A stretch of 64,000 nt of DNA, from positions 96,001 through 160,000 of the forward strand of contig CAVRUC010000013.1 of NCBI GenBank assembly GCA_963724295.1, written 5' to 3'. Of the stretch, positions 10,837-19,858 are shown piece by piece. The notes under the pieces were generated by a model. The model had not been told where the DNA came from and searched no databases. It saw only the letters and a program-made list of their open reading frames with translations. This stretch comes from an uncultured Chloroflexia bacterium. Its GTDB lineage: Bacteria > Chloroflexota > Chloroflexia > Thermomicrobiales > UBA6265. A program made the translations under genes and the position numbers. How positions within the stretch are numbered: position 1 is the first letter of the stretch; each line of letters starts with the position of its first letter.

Positions 10837-11802
10837 GTGATCCAGGTCGTCATGCATTCCAGCCCGAACGGGCCGGTGTCCGAGACTCGCCTCGAGGATC
10901 TGAGCGAGCTCGCCACCCACGGGCAGACCACGATCTGGGTCGACGTCGTCGATCCGACCCCCGACGAAATCGCCCGCATCGGCGAGGAGTTCCACTTTCA
11001 TCCGCTGGCCCTCGAGGACGTGGCGCGTGGCGGCCAGCGGCCAAAAGTCGACCAGTACGACGGCTACCAGTTCATCGTCTTCTACGGGCTGACCAGTCAG
11101 AACGAGGTCGTCGCAACACACGAGGTCGATATCTTCCTTGCCAACCACTGCATGGTGACGTTCCACAAGAGCGACCTGCCGGTCATGGCCGAGACCGCCG
11201 AGCGTTGGCGGATGAACGCCGCCGCGCTGGGCACGCATGACGTCGCGTTCCTGCTCCACTCCGTGCTCGATTCACTTGTCGATGGCTACTTTCCGGTTCT
11301 CGACGACATCGCGGAGCGCGCGGACGATCTCGAGGAGTCGATCATCCTGGCGGGGCAGCCGACGCTGCAAGCGGAGATTCTCCGCCTCCGCCGCGATCTC
11401 TTGATGATCCGTCGGGTGGCTGGCCCCGAGCGGGACGTCATGAATGTCTTGATCCGTCGCGATCCCCCACTCTTCAATCCGACGGAGGTTCTCTATTTCC
11501 AGGATGTCTACGACCATCTGCTGCGTGTCACCGATACCATCGATATCTCTCGTGACATGCTCTCGAGCGTGCTGGATGCTAATCTCTCGATGGTTTCGTA
11601 CACATTGAACACGGTGGTGAAGCGCCTCACCTCGTATTCGATCATTCTTATGTCAATATCGATCATCGCCGGCATCTACGGCATGAACTTCGTCTTCATG
11701 CCGGAGCTCGATTGGCGCTGGGGCTACCCCTTCGCGTTGGGGCTGATGGTGCTGATAGCCACCGTCGAGGTCGGCATCTTCCGTCGCATCGGCTGGCTAT
11801 AG
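10837..11802 (+). CDS. corA: Magnesium/cobalt transporter CorA
   Basis: HPLALED, QRPKVD, YGMNF and MPEL signatures; two C-terminal TM helices. Confidence 0.95.
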   Translation: MIQVVMHSSPNGPVSETRLEDLSELATHGQTTIWVDVVDPTPDEIARIGEEFHFHPLALEDVARGGQRPKVDQYDGYQFIVFYGLTSQNEVVATHEVDIFLANHCMVTFHKSDLPVMAETAERWRMNAAALGTHDVAFLLHSVLDSLVDGYFPVLDDIAERADDLEESIILAGQPTLQAEILRLRRDLLMIRRVAGPERDVMNVLIRRDPPLFNPTEVLYFQDVYDHLLRVTDTIDISRDMLSSVLDANLSMVSYTLNTVVKRLTSYSIILMSISIIAGIYGMNFVFMPELDWRWGYPFALGLMVLIATVEVGIFRRIGWL

Positions 11803-11803
11803 C

Positions 11804-11852
11804 AAGGGTGGCGGGGTCACAGGGTGTCAGGAAGCGATTCCCCTGCCACCCT
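11804..11852. terminator. Inverted repeat between the convergent corA and mgtE genes (possible bidirectional terminator)
   Basis: AGGGTGGCGGGG ... CCCTGCCACCCT; no U-tract. Confidence 0.4.
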
Positions 11853-11914
11853 GCCACCACGAGCACAGCGAGTAACCACCCTAACACCGCGACCATAGGG
11901 AGCCATCACCCTCG

Positions 11915-13261
11915 TCACAACTGAAGCAAAAGCAAACCAGCGATCGTCATGTAGATCAGCAGGCCGGTGGCATCGACGAACGTCGAGATCAACGGCGCGG
12001 AGACGACCGCGGGATCGATACCGAGTTGCTCCAGCACCAATGGCAGCACCGCGGCAACCGTTGCCGACCAGAGCGCCACGCAGGCGATCGTCGCGCCGAC
12101 GACGAGGCCGATCTGGAAGCCCTCCGGAAACCCGACGCGCAGGTAGCCGACCAGCCCCATGATCAGCCCGACGGAGAGACCGACCGCCATCTCCTTGGCC
12201 AGCACCCAACCCACGTCGGCGAGGCGAACCTCGCCGACTCCGATCGCGCGCACCAATGTGGTCACCGTCTGGCTGCCGACGTTCCCGCCGATACCAATGA
12301 TCAGCGGGATGTAGGGAATCAGAGCCGGGACGCCTTGCAGCCGCTCCGAGTAGTGCTCCAGCACCTGGCTGGTCAGCAGTCCGGCCACGAAGAGGATCAG
12401 CAGCCAGCCGATGCGCCGCCGCACCAGCAATCCCGCGGTAGCGAACCGGTACGGCACGTCGAGCGGTTGCGAACCGCCGATGCGCTCGAAGTCCTCGGTC
12501 GTCTCCTCCTCCAGGACATCGGCGACGTCGTCCTGGGTGATGATGCCGAGGAGATGATCTTGATCGTCGACGACCGGCAGCGCCAGGAGGTTCTTGTCGA
12601 CGAGCAGGTTGGCCGCCGTCTCCTGGTCGGCATCCGCCCGCACGCGGATCGGGTCGGCGACCATAACGGCGCTGACCGGGGTTTGTGGTCGCGTCAGCAC
12701 CAGATTGTGCAGGGAGAGGACGCCAAGCAACCGTTCTTCGGCATCGATTACATAGACATAATATATGGTTTCGGCTTCCTCGGCGACACGGCGCAGGAGC
12801 ACGATAGCGTCGTCGGCACGCACGTCCGGGGAGATGGCGACGAATGCCGGTGTCATCCGGCCGCCGGCGGTATCCGGCGGATAAGCGGAGAGCTGCCGAA
12901 TTTCGGCGGCTTCGTCCGGCTCCATCGCCTCCAGAATCTGCTCGCGATCTTCGGAGGGCAGTTCGGCGATGATGTCGGTGGCGTCGTCCGGGTCGATCGC
13001 CTCGAGGAGGTCGGCGGCTTCCTCGCGGGAGCGCAGGCGGAGGATGGCCGCGGCGTTTGCCGGGTCCAGCTCCTCCAGAATCTCCGGAATCTCTTCGTCC
13101 GGGATCGACTCGAGGAGGACGGTGACCTCGTCTTCGTCGAGCCGCACGACGATGTCGGCCCAGTCAGATGGGCCAAGGCGATCAGCCAGACCCCGGATAC
13201 CGAGCTCTTCGCGCTCGGCGATCAGGTCACGGATTTCGTTGAGCAGCTCGTCCGTGGCCAT
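11915..13261 (-). CDS. mgtE: Magnesium transporter MgtE
   Basis: Acidic N-domain, two CBS domains (TAGGRM...), GGNVGSQT and DPAVVSAPLISTFVD. Confidence 0.95.
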   Translation of the reverse strand: MATDELLNEIRDLIAEREELGIRGLADRLGPSDWADIVVRLDEDEVTVLLESIPDEEIPEILEELDPANAAAILRLRSREEAADLLEAIDPDDATDIIAELPSEDREQILEAMEPDEAAEIRQLSAYPPDTAGGRMTPAFVAISPDVRADDAIVLLRRVAEEAETIYYVYVIDAEERLLGVLSLHNLVLTRPQTPVSAVMVADPIRVRADADQETAANLLVDKNLLALPVVDDQDHLLGIITQDDVADVLEEETTEDFERIGGSQPLDVPYRFATAGLLVRRRIGWLLILFVAGLLTSQVLEHYSERLQGVPALIPYIPLIIGIGGNVGSQTVTTLVRAIGVGEVRLADVGWVLAKEMAVGLSVGLIMGLVGYLRVGFPEGFQIGLVVGATIACVALWSATVAAVLPLVLEQLGIDPAVVSAPLISTFVDATGLLIYMTIAGLLLLQL

Positions 13262-13398
13262 GGTCGTGCCAAGCCTCGTGAAGACCGTTTACGGTTTGTC
13301 CGTAGTCAAAGGGCGACGTCGCGCGGGCAGTTCAACGATCTCATGGGGTCACAATGCCGGTTGACCGCGCCGGAGTGTAGGAGCGCTTTCAGGGGGAG

Positions 13399-14664
13399 TC
13401 AAGCAGGAGTTTGGAACGCCGAGTCACCCCATTGTTCGACGTTCGGTACCTCGAAGGTCTGCTCCACCCGGGTGGACGGTAAAACACCGGCCAGGACCGA
13501 ACTCAGCCAGCGCGCCGCTTCCGTCGTCCAGTCAGAGAGCTCCTCATAGAGTCCATGACGCCCGTCTGGATACCAGAGCAGGGTACCGCGCTCGCCGACG
13601 GCCACACAGAACCGGATCGCTTCCTCAGGCGGCACGATCAGGTCGCGACCCGCGCCGAACACGAGCACTGGACACCGCACGCGCCCGATCACCGCGGGCA
13701 ACGCGAACTCGTTGATCAGCCGCGTCAGCTGTTCCTCGCCGCCGGCGATAGCGGCCAGATGTCGCCGCAGCAGCGGTTGCGCCCGCGCGAACCAGGGTCG
13801 GGGATCAAAGGGGGGTGTCACGGCAACGACGGCTCCCACTCGCCGGTCATTGGCGGCGGCAAGGGCCGCAACGGCGCCACCCAGGCTAAATCCCACGAGA
13901 CCGATGCGGGTGGCATCGATCGCCGGTTCGCTGGACATAACACTGACGACTCCGTCCATGAAGTCATCGCAGTCCGGGGTCGGCGCTACGTGCAGTGAGC
14001 TTTCTCCACTCCCAGGCCAGTCCAGCGCCAGCACGGCCAGGCCTTGCTCGAGAAATGCGTCGCTCCATTGGAGCGTCTCTTCCTTGCTTGTCGACGTTCC
14101 ATTGAGCAAGACCGCCAGCGGCGCTGGGGTAGACACGTTTTCCGGCAAGGCCAGGTAGCCCGGTAGATGAGCGGTTCTCCAGGGCACTTCAACCCGACGC
14201 ACCGCCGGTCGTAGCACCGGCAACGATCGAGCGTAGAGCGATGATGCCGAGGCGCGTAGCGCCCGGATCTTGCGCGGGTCGTCAAACACCAGCATTCCAG
14301 CCAGGTGGTAGGCAAGCGCCGCATGCTGCTGGGAGAGTGCCGCCGCATGTTCCTGGCCAACTCGTTGCTGGATTCGCCCTTCGCCGAGAAACCGTTGCGC
14401 CGCCCAGGTCCAGGCCAGATCCCAGTCTCGCACCGACCGCACCCGGCGCAGCGCGTGTTCGGTCACGTCAGCGGGAAGGCCCATCATCGCGAGCCGGCCC
14501 CGGTCCACGCCGATCGGCAATGCCCTCGCCCCAAACAGGCGAATGAAGAGATCGACGCGACGCCCGTCGGCAAAGGGGGCTAGCCGCCAGGCAACGCCGG
14601 TTGTCCGGGGAATCTTCGGGTTCCTGGAGATCGACGTGCGGTTCGTTACGGTACCCGTGTCCAT
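13399..14664 (-). CDS. Alpha/beta hydrolase (FrsA / 2,6-dihydroxypseudooxynicotine hydrolase-like)
   Basis: LPGYL, STSKEE, DWPGSGES, nucleophile GFSLGG, Asp (RDLIVP) and His (GRHG). Confidence 0.85.
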   Translation of the reverse strand: MDTGTVTNRTSISRNPKIPRTTGVAWRLAPFADGRRVDLFIRLFGARALPIGVDRGRLAMMGLPADVTEHALRRVRSVRDWDLAWTWAAQRFLGEGRIQQRVGQEHAAALSQQHAALAYHLAGMLVFDDPRKIRALRASASSLYARSLPVLRPAVRRVEVPWRTAHLPGYLALPENVSTPAPLAVLLNGTSTSKEETLQWSDAFLEQGLAVLALDWPGSGESSLHVAPTPDCDDFMDGVVSVMSSEPAIDATRIGLVGFSLGGAVAALAAANDRRVGAVVAVTPPFDPRPWFARAQPLLRRHLAAIAGGEEQLTRLINEFALPAVIGRVRCPVLVFGAGRDLIVPPEEAIRFCVAVGERGTLLWYPDGRHGLYEELSDWTTEAARWLSSVLAGVLPSTRVEQTFEVPNVEQWGDSAFQTPA

Positions 14665-15245
14665 ACACGTTCACGCGCTTTGGCGAGCGCTGCCTCGACG
14701 GCATCCGCATGCTCGTCGAATCGGCAGACGATCGTCAAGCGGTCGACTCGGGGGATGGCACGGCGCAGACTCCCCACCACCTCATCGACGACCGCCGCGA
14801 CCATGGCGTCGACATCCGCCTTCGCCGCCAGCGACTCCACCCCCAGGAGCGGCATGGCCACGGATCGCAGGCGGCTCTGCGTCGCCGCCGTCAATGCGGC
14901 GGGTACTGCCCGCCGCACGTCCTCGATACGTGCCCGCTCGCCAAGCGCGGGATGAATGACCGCGTGCACGACGGCACGAATGCCCCGTTCTTCCAGACCG
15001 GAGGCTCCGGTCATGACCGCCGTTCCCAGCTCGAGCGGAGCCAGGCTCATTGCCTCCCGCTCGATTTCGGATCCGCCCAGAGAGCGCAGCCCGCTCAGAC
15101 CGGGCGTCGCGAGCGGACCGAGAACCCCGCGCCGGTTGGCCGCGACCACGATCACCTCAGCCTCCTGGCCGAGCAAATCGCCAACCGCGACCGAGACGAG
15201 AGTACGTCCAAACCGGAACGCCGGCCTGTCGTCGACTTCGTTCAC
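14646..15245 (-). CDS. Macro domain protein (divergent)
   Basis: VAVGDLL, VVAAN, GTAVMTGA, VVHAV and SVAMPLLG. Confidence 0.8.
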   Translation of the reverse strand: MNEVDDRPAFRFGRTLVSVAVGDLLGQEAEVIVVAANRRGVLGPLATPGLSGLRSLGGSEIEREAMSLAPLELGTAVMTGASGLEERGIRAVVHAVIHPALGERARIEDVRRAVPAALTAATQSRLRSVAMPLLGVESLAAKADVDAMVAAVVDEVVGSLRRAIPRVDRLTIVCRFDEHADAVEAALAKARERVWTRVP

Positions 15246-15356
15246 CTACGTCCTGACCGGGGCAGGGGCGCGCTCAGGGTACCGCAGGCTGGCGCAGACC
15301 GCCACCCTGAAGGCCGCCGCCACCGAGGGCTCCAGCGGCGCTGATACTCGAATTGT

Positions 15357-17087
15357 CTAGGAAATCTCGTGTGCCTCGCCCGACTCGGTCGGAACGACGA
15401 TCTCACCGACCGGCTGCGTGGGCCCGTCAGTCGGAGGTTCGACCCTGTACGTGGCGTCGTTATACGTGTCGTCGACCACGGCCTCGATCGCGCCGCGCAT
15501 CGAGTCACTCCCCGGGACGTATTCCGGCGTGTCGCTGCCGAATCCGGCGGGGATGACGATCGCCAGGGTCACCGGGTCGAGTTGCGCGCCCGTGGCGGGA
15601 TCGATCAGCAACCCTGTCATGGGATGGACGAGAAACCCAGTCCGCGGGTCAATGACGCGGCCATTGACGAGGTCGAGCAGATAGCCAGTGGCCGGGTCGA
15701 TCAAGAGCCCGGTGGCCGGGTCGATCTCCAATCCGGTAGCAGGATCGTATTGGGGCGCCGGCTCGGTTGCGGTGGCCGGCTCGGCTGCCGCCGTCTCCGT
15801 CGTAGCGTCAGCCGGCTCATCGGCCGTCTGAAGCAATGCCGCGGACTGCCCGAGATCAACCGGCGCCATCGACCAGCCCATTGCATCGTCGCCGTACGCC
15901 GCCTGCTGATTCTCCTCAGACTTCCCGTCCTTTGATCGGTCGCGCTTTTTCCCGGATTCGGTCTCATCCGCATCGGTGACGGTTACGTCTGCGGCGGCCG
16001 CGTCAGTTCCTTGCGGCACGTCCGGAGCGAGGGCAGCCACACCAGGATCATCAGACCAGCCTTCGGCGAGCTGTGGCGCGTCCGCTTGCGTTTCGGGTTC
16101 AGGAGTCGGCGTGCCGTCGCTAACGGGCGTGGGCGTGATCGGCAGGAAAGCCTGCGAAGGAGGCATCGGCAGCAGCGGCGCCGGCGGGAGATAGATATCG
16201 GTCGTGCCCGCACTCTCCAGCGCCGAGATCGCCTCGTCGGGGACGGCGTTCGTCGCGACAGGCTCTGCGGCGGGTTCTTCAGGACGTTCCTGGCGGCCTT
16301 CCTGGGTCGTGCCGCCGTCGTCAATCGCGGGTGCCGCGTCGGCCTCGCTGACACCTTCGTCGCCGGCCACTGGCTCGGCGGCCTGAGCGAGCTCGGCCGA
16401 GGCGCCGGTATCGACCGGTGCTTCCGCCATGGCCAACGTCGGGTCTTCCCCCACCGGCTCGATAATCGGTTCCTCGACGATCGCGGGCGCGATCACGGGC
16501 TCTGCCGTCGGCTCGGCGGCCGCGGCGATAGCGACTCGCGTCGCCGTCGGGCGTGGCGTCGGTGTTTTGGCGACCTCTTTTGTGGGCGCTGGGTCGACGA
16601 CCGTGCGCAATGCAGCGCGGGTGGCGGTCGGCTCTGGTTCGGCGGTCGGAATCTCGGTCGGTGCTTCGGTGGGCAACGGCGCGATGGCGACTGCGGCGAT
16701 CGTGCTTTCCGGCTCAATCGCTTGATTGCTGCTGCGGCCGGGAGCATTCAGCGTGATGATGAGGGCGCCGGCCAGCGCCACCACCAGCGCCAGGCCGGAG
16801 GCGACGGCCATTCCAGGAGAAGAGAGCGTCTGCAGACTTCGCCGCAACCAGCCCCAGCCAGGCGTATCTGCCCGGACCGCAGCCATGACGGTGCGCGAAA
16901 CGGCCGGGCTCGGCGCCAGCCGCGGCAGCACCTGCAGACCCCGCGCCAGATCGTTAGCCTGGCTGACGAAATCGCGGCAGGAATCGCACGTCGCCAGGTG
17001 CCGCTGCAGCTCGTGGTGCTCCGGTGACGCCAGCGGCGCGTCCATGCGAGCGGAAATGAGCTCCTGGGCACGATCGTGGGAGATCAT
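15357..17087 (-). CDS. Zinc-finger (zf-HC2) anti-sigma factor with a TM helix, Pro/Thr/Ala/Glu linker and C-terminal DPATG repeats
   Basis: N-terminal HLATCDSC (HxxxCxxC); one TM; overlaps the upstream ECF sigma gene. Confidence 0.85.
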   Translation of the reverse strand: MISHDRAQELISARMDAPLASPEHHELQRHLATCDSCRDFVSQANDLARGLQVLPRLAPSPAVSRTVMAAVRADTPGWGWLRRSLQTLSSPGMAVASGLALVVALAGALIITLNAPGRSSNQAIEPESTIAAVAIAPLPTEAPTEIPTAEPEPTATRAALRTVVDPAPTKEVAKTPTPRPTATRVAIAAAAEPTAEPVIAPAIVEEPIIEPVGEDPTLAMAEAPVDTGASAELAQAAEPVAGDEGVSEADAAPAIDDGGTTQEGRQERPEEPAAEPVATNAVPDEAISALESAGTTDIYLPPAPLLPMPPSQAFLPITPTPVSDGTPTPEPETQADAPQLAEGWSDDPGVAALAPDVPQGTDAAAADVTVTDADETESGKKRDRSKDGKSEENQQAAYGDDAMGWSMAPVDLGQSAALLQTADEPADATTETAAAEPATATEPAPQYDPATGLEIDPATGLLIDPATGYLLDLVNGRVIDPRTGFLVHPMTGLLIDPATGAQLDPVTLAIVIPAGFGSDTPEYVPGSDSMRGAIEAVVDDTYNDATYRVEPPTDGPTQPVGEIVVPTESGEAHEIS

Positions 17088-17722
17088 CCTTTAGCCTCCC
17101 ACTCGCCGGGAGCGCCAAGCAGCTCGGCGGTGCCGTAGATCTGGGCAAACGCCTTGCGGGCCCGGAAGAGCCGCAGCTTGGCGGCATTCTCGGTAATGCC
17201 GAGGGCGTCGGCGGTCTCGGCCAGCGACAGCCCCTGATAATGGCGCAGCAACAGCGCCGCGGCGTAATGCTGGGGCAATCGGGACAGCGTCTGCTCGATA
17301 TCCTGGCGCCGGCTCACCGAGCGCTCGATCGATTGCTCGCTGGCATGGTCGTGGCCGGGTAGGAACGGGATCCACTGCACGATCTTGCGTCGCCGCAGCT
17401 GGCTGATGGCGGTGTTGGTGGCAATCCGGTAGAGCCACGGCTTGAAGGCCAGGTCCGGCCGGGTAGAGGGGAGCGCGTTGTAGGCCTTGATGAAGGTGTC
17501 CTGGGTCAGGTCTTCCGCCATCGCGCGGTCGCCGACCATGCGATGCAGATAGTTGAGGATCGGAGCATGGTAGTGCTCGAAGAGCCGAGCAAAGGCGACC
17601 TGATCGCCCTCGCGGGCACGCCCCACGAGATCCGAATCGTCCGCGGTCAACCCCTGACTCCCGCGGGCCTGCGGCTGGTCCGCTAGTGGCCTCGCAACGG
17701 TCCACGGTATCGAGAGTTCCAT
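17084..17722 (-). CDS. ECF-type sigma-70 factor
   Basis: Region 2 (AEDLTQDTF, FKPWLYRIATN) and region 4 (LSLAETADALGI...KLRLFRAR). Start chosen at the ATG at 17722. Confidence 0.92.
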   Translation of the reverse strand: MELSIPWTVARPLADQPQARGSQGLTADDSDLVGRAREGDQVAFARLFEHYHAPILNYLHRMVGDRAMAEDLTQDTFIKAYNALPSTRPDLAFKPWLYRIATNTAISQLRRRKIVQWIPFLPGHDHASEQSIERSVSRRQDIEQTLSRLPQHYAAALLLRHYQGLSLAETADALGITENAAKLRLFRARKAFAQIYGTAELLGAPGEWEAKG

Positions 17723-17881
17723 CCGGCGATCCGACGCTCCTTTCCGCACGTACCAACGCGCCGCGCGCGGCATCCGTTTCGCCGCGTGGGAGCTGGGGCG
17801 GAGCGGGGAGGCCGGGATCGGTCGGAGAATACCAGATCGACCATAGAGGGGTGCTCAACCGCAGGCCGCGTGTCCGAAGTT

Positions 17882-17926
17882 GGGTTCCACGTGGAACCCT
17901 GGGTCGTCCACCCGGGTGGACGACCC
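17882..17926. repeat. Two adjacent perfect palindromes (18 bp and 26 bp)
   Basis: GGGTTCCACGTGGAACCC (17882-17899) and GGGTCGTCCACCCGGGTGGACGACCC (17901-17926). Confidence 0.9.
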
Positions 17927-17941
17927 TCATCCCCAAGACGG

Positions 17942-18076
17942 CCCCTCATCCCCGGCCCTTCTCCCCTCGGAGCGGGGAGAAGGGAGCCCGCCTCGCCGAG
18001 CAGCGAGCCCCTCGCCCAGCGCACTGGGAGAGGGGTTGGGGTGAGGGCGTCTTGAGAGGGGTTGAGGGTGAGGCCC
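17942..18076. repeat. REP-like palindromic repeat cluster (CCCTCAxCCC...CTCCC/GGGAGAGGG...GGGGTGAGGG type)
   Basis: Hairpin units in inverted orientation at 17942-17985 and 18008-18048, plus a partial unit at 18054-18076. Confidence 0.7.
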
Positions 18077-18217
18077 AGTGTCATGGTGCTAGCGTTCACT
18101 CGTCTTGCGATCGGCCCTTGGACAAATTCCTGCGGTAATTAGCACCACCAGAGCGGGCGAGGAGGGAATCGTGGGCGAAGCAACGACTCAGCAGATATCG
18201 GCGACGAGGACCTATCC

Positions 18218-18676
18218 GTGATCGACCGCGAAGACGTACCGGCTCCCGGATTCACAACCTCGCCCTGGAGTCCGGTGGGGATCGCCACGCTCCACGCAGC
18301 CGGCCGCGATATGCGGTCTGCTCTCGAAGCGGGTCTCCGTGCGGTGCTGGCGCTTACAGTAACCATGCCCCAAGTGCCTCTCGATACCGCACGCTCGGCA
18401 CCGATTCACGGCGAGGGTGATGAGCTCGGGAGTCTGTTCGCCGATCTGGCAGAGGACCTGCTGGGGCAGATCGAGTTCTTCGGCAGCGGCCTGCACGACG
18501 TCATGCTCGATGGCGTGCTGCGCCGGGAGGATGGCGGCTACGTCGCCTGGGGATATGCCTCGGGAACGCTCGAGGCGGCGCCTCCAGGCGAGGTTCCGCG
18601 ACTTGTAGGCACGCCATCAGCGAGCGAAGAGGGGCAGCAAGGCGTCATCCTGCATGCGACGCTTCAGCGGCCCTGA
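18218..18676 (+). CDS. Archease-like protein (degenerate)
   Basis: AAGRDMRSALEAGLRAVL and GEGDELGSLFADLAEDLL resemble the archease core; GAGGA RBS; canonical terminal motifs absent. Confidence 0.5.
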   Translation: MIDREDVPAPGFTTSPWSPVGIATLHAAGRDMRSALEAGLRAVLALTVTMPQVPLDTARSAPIHGEGDELGSLFADLAEDLLGQIEFFGSGLHDVMLDGVLRREDGGYVAWGYASGTLEAAPPGEVPRLVGTPSASEEGQQGVILHATLQRP

Positions 18677-18894
18677 ACCTCTGACGCTTGCACAGCATTG
18701 CTTCTCGAACCTGCCATCGAGATCATGGTGCTCTTGACAGGCAAATTGGTTGCTGGCTGATGCGAGGACGATCAGGCCGGCGATTTTTCGACGCCAAACC
18801 CGAGCGCCATTGCGGCGTACGCTTCGATCGAGAACATCGACTAGGCCGGCGCTGGCGCCAGTGAATTAATTCGGGCCCTCGATCGCCGGTGCGC

Positions 18895-19131
18895 TCATTC
18901 CGCGTCGGTTTCCGCGTCCACATCTTCCGCCACGATCTCCCGCGCCCGGGCGAGATCGTCCTGGCGCACATAGAGATCGTGGGCGAATGTCGCCACGGAG
19001 CCCCAGCCACCAGCCCCGGGCCCCCCGGGCCGCACCAGCACCGGGATACCAGCGTCGACCAGCACGTCCTCCCAGAAGCGGGCCATCGGCTCATTGGGGG
19101 AGGTCATCAGAAAGACAATGTCATCGCTCAC
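18895..19131 (-). CDS. Small DUF2007 / putative signal-transducing protein
   Basis: NEPMARFWEDVLVDAGIP...LYVRQDDLARAREI pattern. Confidence 0.75.
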   Translation of the reverse strand: MSDDIVFLMTSPNEPMARFWEDVLVDAGIPVLVRPGGPGAGGWGSVATFAHDLYVRQDDLARAREIVAEDVDAETDAE

Positions 19132-19601
19132 GACTGACCGCCTATCGTTCCTAGACCGGCATCGATCTCTGTGCGCACGAGCTCCATCGCCGTCGGCTCG
19201 ATTGCTGAGACGCCTTTATACGGTGAGTCGAGCTGGTACTCCAGCAGCAAGAGGAGCGCGACCAATGTCGCCAGGCTTGCCGTCATCAGGCCCTGGATCC
19301 AGCCATCCTCGACGGCAAAGAAACACGAAAATCCGACCGTGACGATCGCGCCGATGATGAGGGTCAGCGTCATCGCTACCGACAGTCTGTCTTCGCCAAG
19401 GAGCACCCGGCTACGGCGTGCCTCGTTGAGCGCATCAAGCTTCGAGGGAAGCGGCGTAGACCGAGTCGAAATCTTCCGCCCGTGCTCCGGCGACGTTGAC
19501 TGCCTGCCAGAGGTCGTGGATGAGCGAGGTGTGCAATGACTCAGCAACGCCAGAAGGACGGCCGCTACGATAATCAAGATGAAGGGACCGGGTCCGTTCA
19601 T
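19128..19601 (-). CDS. DUF4239-like membrane protein, apparently internally deleted
   Basis: C-terminal half (ARRSR...2 TM...LDSPYKG..IEP) typical of the family; the middle of the family protein appears missing. Confidence 0.5.
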   Translation of the reverse strand: MNGPGPFILIIVAAVLLALLSHCTPRSSTTSGRQSTSPEHGRKISTRSTPLPSKLDALNEARRSRVLLGEDRLSVAMTLTLIIGAIVTVGFSCFFAVEDGWIQGLMTASLATLVALLLLLEYQLDSPYKGVSAIEPTAMELVRTEIDAGLGTIGGQS

Positions 19602-19858
19602 GCCTGGGAAGCGTAACGCGGCGCAGTTAAGCGGGCAACAGAAGCCCAGGAGCCGAGAAGATGATTGCCACTTGCCTTAGGCATTCAACGCCCCTTGCTG
19701 CCGGTTCGGGGAACAAATCCGCGCTGCTGCTCGCCATGCGATCATCATTGCACGCTCGTTTCTCAGTGCAGCGGGCGAGGGGCCGCGCATTCTCCGGGCG
19801 TGGAGAAGTGCCGGCCTCATGGTCGATCTCACGCGTTCAGCTCCTGGACACGAGCTGC

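Noticed and set aside
13262..13398. Mg2+ riboswitch upstream of mgtE
   Set aside because: Too short, with no recognisable M-box motifs.
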